The translations under genes were made by a program, and so were the position numbers. Below the pieces are notes generated by a model that did no database searches, was not told where the DNA came from, and was given only the letters and a program-made list of their open reading frames with translations. DNA of 64,000 bases. It comes from an uncultured Gemmatimonadales bacterium (GTDB lineage Bacteria; Gemmatimonadota; Gemmatimonadetes; Gemmatimonadales; GWC2-71-9). The DNA lies in assembly GCA_963828735.1 (NCBI GenBank), contig CAWHFW010000005.1:2112001-2176000 (forward strand). The letters are read 5' to 3'. Every line of letters starts with the position of its first letter. The stretch's first letter is position 1. Positions 60,133 to 64,000 of the stretch are shown here, in pieces.

Positions 60133-60399
60133 GTATGCTCCGGGGTTGGGAGCCGCGCTGAGCTGGGGGTATTGCGTGAGGTAGCGCGTACTGAAATCGC
60201 GTATTGAAGATGTCCCGTGGCCGGGCGGACAGCCAGTCCACCCGCGGCAGACGCGCCGGGTTGGGAACCGCCGGAATCCTTTCGAGGATTTCGCTGGCGA
60301 CTCGCCAGCTCCCCATCAGGGTGGCCGCCTTCGGGACCGAGCACTATGTTGGTTTGCATCCGCCCGACCCCCCTTCAGTGCCGCCGTCATGAGGATCCC

Positions 60400-61653
60400 A
60401 TGCTACGCCAGCGTACGTTCGGTTTCGCCATTGCCGCCGCGGTGACCATCGCCCTCGGCAGTTGCTCGGACGACACCACTCTCCCCAGCGCCCCCTCCAC
60501 TACACCCGACCTCGCGCTCACCAGCGCGCAGCAGGACCTGGCCGACGATCCCGTCGCGCTCGCGCGCGCGGTGCCGGGCTTCGGCGGCTTTTTCGTGGAC
60601 GAGCAGGGCACCCCAACGGTCTACCTCACCACCACGGGCCGGCGTGCGGCGGCGGAGCAGGCGCTCGCGCCATGGCTCCGCGAGCGCAACCGGGCGGCGG
60701 CCGCATTGCGTGTGCTGCCGGCCCGATTCGCCTGGACGGATCTCGAGCGCTGGTCCGCGCAGGCCTCGACCGAAGTGCTCGCCGTGCCGGGCTCCGTGTT
60801 CGTGGACGCGGACGAAGCGGGCAACCGGGTGCACATCGGCGTCGAGCACGCCGCCGCGGCGAATCGGGCTCGGAGCGTGCTCGCCCGTCTGGGCATCCCG
60901 GCCGCCGCGGTGGACGTGGAAATCGTCGCGCCGTTCCGCCGGGTCGCGACCTTGCGCGGCTCGGTGCGGCCGGTGGTGGCCGGCGTGCAGATCAATTTCC
61001 CCGGCTTCCTCTGCAGCCTCGGATTCAACGCCACCCGCCAGGGCGTGGCCGGGTTCGTGACAGCGTCGCACTGCACCAGTACTCAGGGCGGCGTTCAGAG
61101 CACGCCCTACTGGCAGCCGTTGCAGACCACCAAACCGGTGCAGATCGCCACTGAGACCGTGGATCCGGCCTACAAGGGCACGATCGCGGGCTGTCCGAGC
61201 GGCCGGAAGTGTCGCCGAAGCGATGCGGCGTTCGCCAAATACATCAACGCCACGAAGAACACCCTGGGCAGGATCGCACGGACGGGTTCCATGAGCTCGA
61301 CCGATCTCACGATCGTGGGCGGTTGGACGATCACCGGCAACGCCACGTCGACCTCGTTCACCGTCGGCGAGACCGTGAACAAGGTCGGACGGACCACCGG
61401 ATGGAGCCGTGGCAAGGTGGCGGCCACCTGCGTCACCGTGAACGTGAGCGGCTCGAACATCACGCAGATCTGCCAGACTATCGTGAATGCGACGGTGGGC
61501 GCCGGCGATAGCGGTTCCGACGTATTCACGGTGACGAGCGGCACCAACGTCAAGCTCGACGGTGTTCTGTGGGGTGCGTCGGGCAACACCACGTTCGTGT
61601 TCAGTCCGTTCGCGAACATCACCGGCGAGCTCGGCGCACTCACGACGCACTGA
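60400..61653 (+). CDS. Secreted/lipoprotein S1 (alpha-lytic/streptogrisin-like) serine protease with pro-region
   Basis: CSLGF, TASHC, SDAA, KVGRTTG, GDSGS; LGSC lipobox. Confidence 0.88.
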   Translation: MLRQRTFGFAIAAAVTIALGSCSDDTTLPSAPSTTPDLALTSAQQDLADDPVALARAVPGFGGFFVDEQGTPTVYLTTTGRRAAAEQALAPWLRERNRAAAALRVLPARFAWTDLERWSAQASTEVLAVPGSVFVDADEAGNRVHIGVEHAAAANRARSVLARLGIPAAAVDVEIVAPFRRVATLRGSVRPVVAGVQINFPGFLCSLGFNATRQGVAGFVTASHCTSTQGGVQSTPYWQPLQTTKPVQIATETVDPAYKGTIAGCPSGRKCRRSDAAFAKYINATKNTLGRIARTGSMSSTDLTIVGGWTITGNATSTSFTVGETVNKVGRTTGWSRGKVAATCVTVNVSGSNITQICQTIVNATVGAGDSGSDVFTVTSGTNVKLDGVLWGASGNTTFVFSPFANITGELGALTTH

Positions 61654-61887
61654 CACCCCGTAGGCAGGGCGCTACGACTCCTGCAGCTCCATGTGCATCG
61701 TCGTGATGGAGCGAGACCGAAGGGCTCCCGCGAATATGGCGGGCCGGGTCGGGATGCGTCAAACGCCATGCGCTGCGCCGGCGGGTCGCGAATTCGGGCC
61801 GCCCCGGCTGGATGCCGGTCACTACCAACGCGTTCCCGACACCTCCTGTATCCCTGGAGAGAGCCAAGGACGTTTTCAGGAGGGATC

Positions 61888-62298
61888 ATGCGTAGGTCAC
61901 GAGCTCCATTCACCGCCGCCGTGCTGCTCCTGGCGGCCGGATGCGCCCGGTCACCGGCCCCGCCCGCGGGCCCGTCACCGGTGGCCTCCGCCGACACCAA
62001 CCGTGCAGGAACCTCGCGCGGCATCCCGGTGCAGGTGAACAACGAGAATTTCAACGAGATGATGGTCTACCTCGTGCACGACGGGACGAGATGGCTGATC
62101 GGCCAGGTGGGCGGCCTGGCGGAGACCACGCTGACCGTTCCCGCCAGCCTCGCGCCCGCGGATGAGCGCGTCAGGCTCAGGGCGGAAGCCGTCGGCGGAG
62201 GCGGGACCACGACGCCGGTGCTGATCGTGCCGCCCGGACAGCAGGTGCACTGGACCATCGGCGCCGACCCGACGATGTCCAACGCCTCCGCAGGGTGA
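61888..62298 (+). CDS. Small lipoprotein
   Basis: GGAGG RBS; LLAAGC lipobox; VQVNNENFNEMMVY beta-rich domain. Confidence 0.75.
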   Translation: MRRSRAPFTAAVLLLAAGCARSPAPPAGPSPVASADTNRAGTSRGIPVQVNNENFNEMMVYLVHDGTRWLIGQVGGLAETTLTVPASLAPADERVRLRAEAVGGGGTTTPVLIVPPGQQVHWTIGADPTMSNASAG

Positions 62299-62532
62299 CT
62301 CAAAGGGCCGGGGACGAGTGCGCCCGGCCCGCTGCTTTCCCGCCCGGCGCGGTGATCCGACCGCGGACACGACCTTGCTCCGACACGAATCCGCCTGAGA
62401 TGATGTGCACTTCGTGAGGTCAGCCCGCACGGCTGGCGCACCGCGTCCCGGGCCGCTTACTTACCATCTCGTCACTCGACGCCCCCGACCCCGCTCAAGA
62501 CAGCGATTCTCTCGACCTCAGGAGCCTCCCCC

Positions 62533-64000
62533 ATGGGAGTGCCGGACGGCCTGCGCCACGCCCTCGCCGACCGCTACACCGTCGAGCGTGAGCTGGGCCG
62601 TGGTGGGATGGCCACTGTCTACCTGGTACATGACGTCCGCCACGACAGGCCCGTCGCCCTCAAGGTTCTTCTCGGCGAGCTCGCCGCCACCCTCGGCCCA
62701 GAGCGTTTCCAGCGCGAGATCCGCTTCGCCGCCCGGCTCCAGCATCCCCATATCCTGACCGTCCTCGATTCGGGGGAAGCCGCAGGCCAGCTCTGGTTCA
62801 CCATGCCGTTCGTCGAGGGCGAGTCGCTCCGCGACCGGCTCCGCCGCGAGGTCCAGCTCCCGGTCGCGGAAGCCGTCCGCATCGCCGGCGAGGTGGCCCG
62901 CGCGCTCGCCTATGCCCACCGGCACGGCATCATCCACCGAGACATCAAGCCCGAGAATATCTTGCTCACCATCGAGGGCGAGACGCTTGTGGCCGACTTC
63001 GGCATCGCGCGGGCGTTCGACGGCGCGGCCGGCCAGGAGCGGCTGACCGAGACCGGCATCGTGGTTGGCACGCCCGCCTACATGAGTCCGGAGCAGGCGG
63101 GCGGCCAGCGCGGCCTCGACGCTCGCACCGACGTCTACGCCCTCGGCACGGTGCTGTACGAGATGCTCGCCGGCGAGCCCCCGTACACCGGGCCCACCGC
63201 CCAGAACATCATCGCCAAGCGCCTGAGCGACCCGGTGCCGAGCGTGCGCCGCCTGCGGCCCGCCGTGCCCGAGGCGCTCGACCGCTTGGTACACGACGCC
63301 CTCGCGCCGATCGCCGCCGATCGCCTGGCCTCGGCCGCCGCGTTCCAGGCCGGGCTCGAGAGCATCCGGACCGCGCCCTCGGAGACCGCCGCCGTGTCGC
63401 GGCAATCGACGCCGCAAACGTCATCGGTCGCGAGCACCGGGCGACGGCTGGCCGCCGTTGCCGTCGCGGTACTGCTCGTCGCGGCCGTCATCGCAGCCGT
63501 CTTCGCGAGACACGCGAAGTCGGCCACTGCCGTGTCCACGGCAGCCGCGACACCGGCCGAGCCGATGCTCGCCGTGCTGCCCTTCGAGAACCTTGGCGAC
63601 TCGAGCAACGCCTACTTCGCCGACGGCGTGGCCGACGCCGTCCGAGGCAAGCTGGTCCGGCTTCCCGGCCTCGGCGTGATCGCCCGCGGCAGTTCGCTCC
63701 AGTTCCGCCATACCTCCGCCTCACCCGACTCCGTGGCGCGGGTGCTCGGCGTTCGCTACCTGCTGATGGGCACGGTGCGCTGGGCCAAGGCGAAGGATGG
63801 CAGCAGCCGCGTGGAGGTGAGCCCCGAGCTGGTCGAGGTCCGTCCCGGCGCTCCGCCGGCGAGCCGCTGGCAGCAGCCGTTCGACGCCGCGCTCACCGAC
63901 GTCTTCCAGGTGCAGGCCGACATCGCCGCCCGGGTCGCGCAGGCGCTCGACCTGGCGCTCACCCGGCCCGCCCAACAGCAGCTCGCCGAGCAGCCGACCC
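62533..64000 (+). CDS. Ser/Thr kinase-TM-TolB_N protein, runs off window end
   Basis: MGVPDGLRHALADRYTVERELGRGGMA, HRDIKPEN, DFG, LAVLPFENLG..YFADG. Confidence 0.92.
   Translation, partial: MGVPDGLRHALADRYTVERELGRGGMATVYLVHDVRHDRPVALKVLLGELAATLGPERFQREIRFAARLQHPHILTVLDSGEAAGQLWFTMPFVEGESLRDRLRREVQLPVAEAVRIAGEVARALAYAHRHGIIHRDIKPENILLTIEGETLVADFGIARAFDGAAGQERLTETGIVVGTPAYMSPEQAGGQRGLDARTDVYALGTVLYEMLAGEPPYTGPTAQNIIAKRLSDPVPSVRRLRPAVPEALDRLVHDALAPIAADRLASAAAFQAGLESIRTAPSETAAVSRQSTPQTSSVASTGRRLAAVAVAVLLVAAVIAAVFARHAKSATAVSTAAATPAEPMLAVLPFENLGDSSNAYFADGVADAVRGKLVRLPGLGVIARGSSLQFRHTSASPDSVARVLGVRYLLMGTVRWAKAKDGSSRVEVSPELVEVRPGAPPASRWQQPFDAALTDVFQVQADIAARVAQALDLALTRPAQQQLAEQPT

Overview
GC-rich, gene-dense bacterial window. 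The gene content (many Hanks-type Ser/Thr kinases with TolB_N/TPR or PD40 tails, a PadR plus ADOP permease pair, a TIGR02999-like ECF sigma) suggests Gemmatimonadota or a similar soil lineage; this is an inference. I found no rRNA, tRNA, CRISPR array, transposase or integrase. The most notable region is 1-10 kb. A translationally coupled ECF sigma and membrane Ser/Thr kinase pair faces two tandem copies of an ECF-like promoter motif (TGAGGGA-N14-CGGGCGTT) upstream of a LolA-like gene and an OmpA-domain gene. On the other side lie a second OmpA-domain gene, three secreted Cys-motif (DUF3558-like) paralogues and two unusual membrane proteins. Together these look like an uncharacterised phosphorylation-controlled envelope module. 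The rest is an accessory patchwork: nine kinase-related loci including a pseudokinase with an Ada-like tail, glycoside hydrolases, detox/stress genes, a frameshifted TolC/HlyD/ABC-2 operon, several 3' gene relics, and a twice-repeated hairpin with a compensatory base change. Many +1 frameshifts may be sequencing errors. All family assignments are from motif recognition by eye, not database searches.
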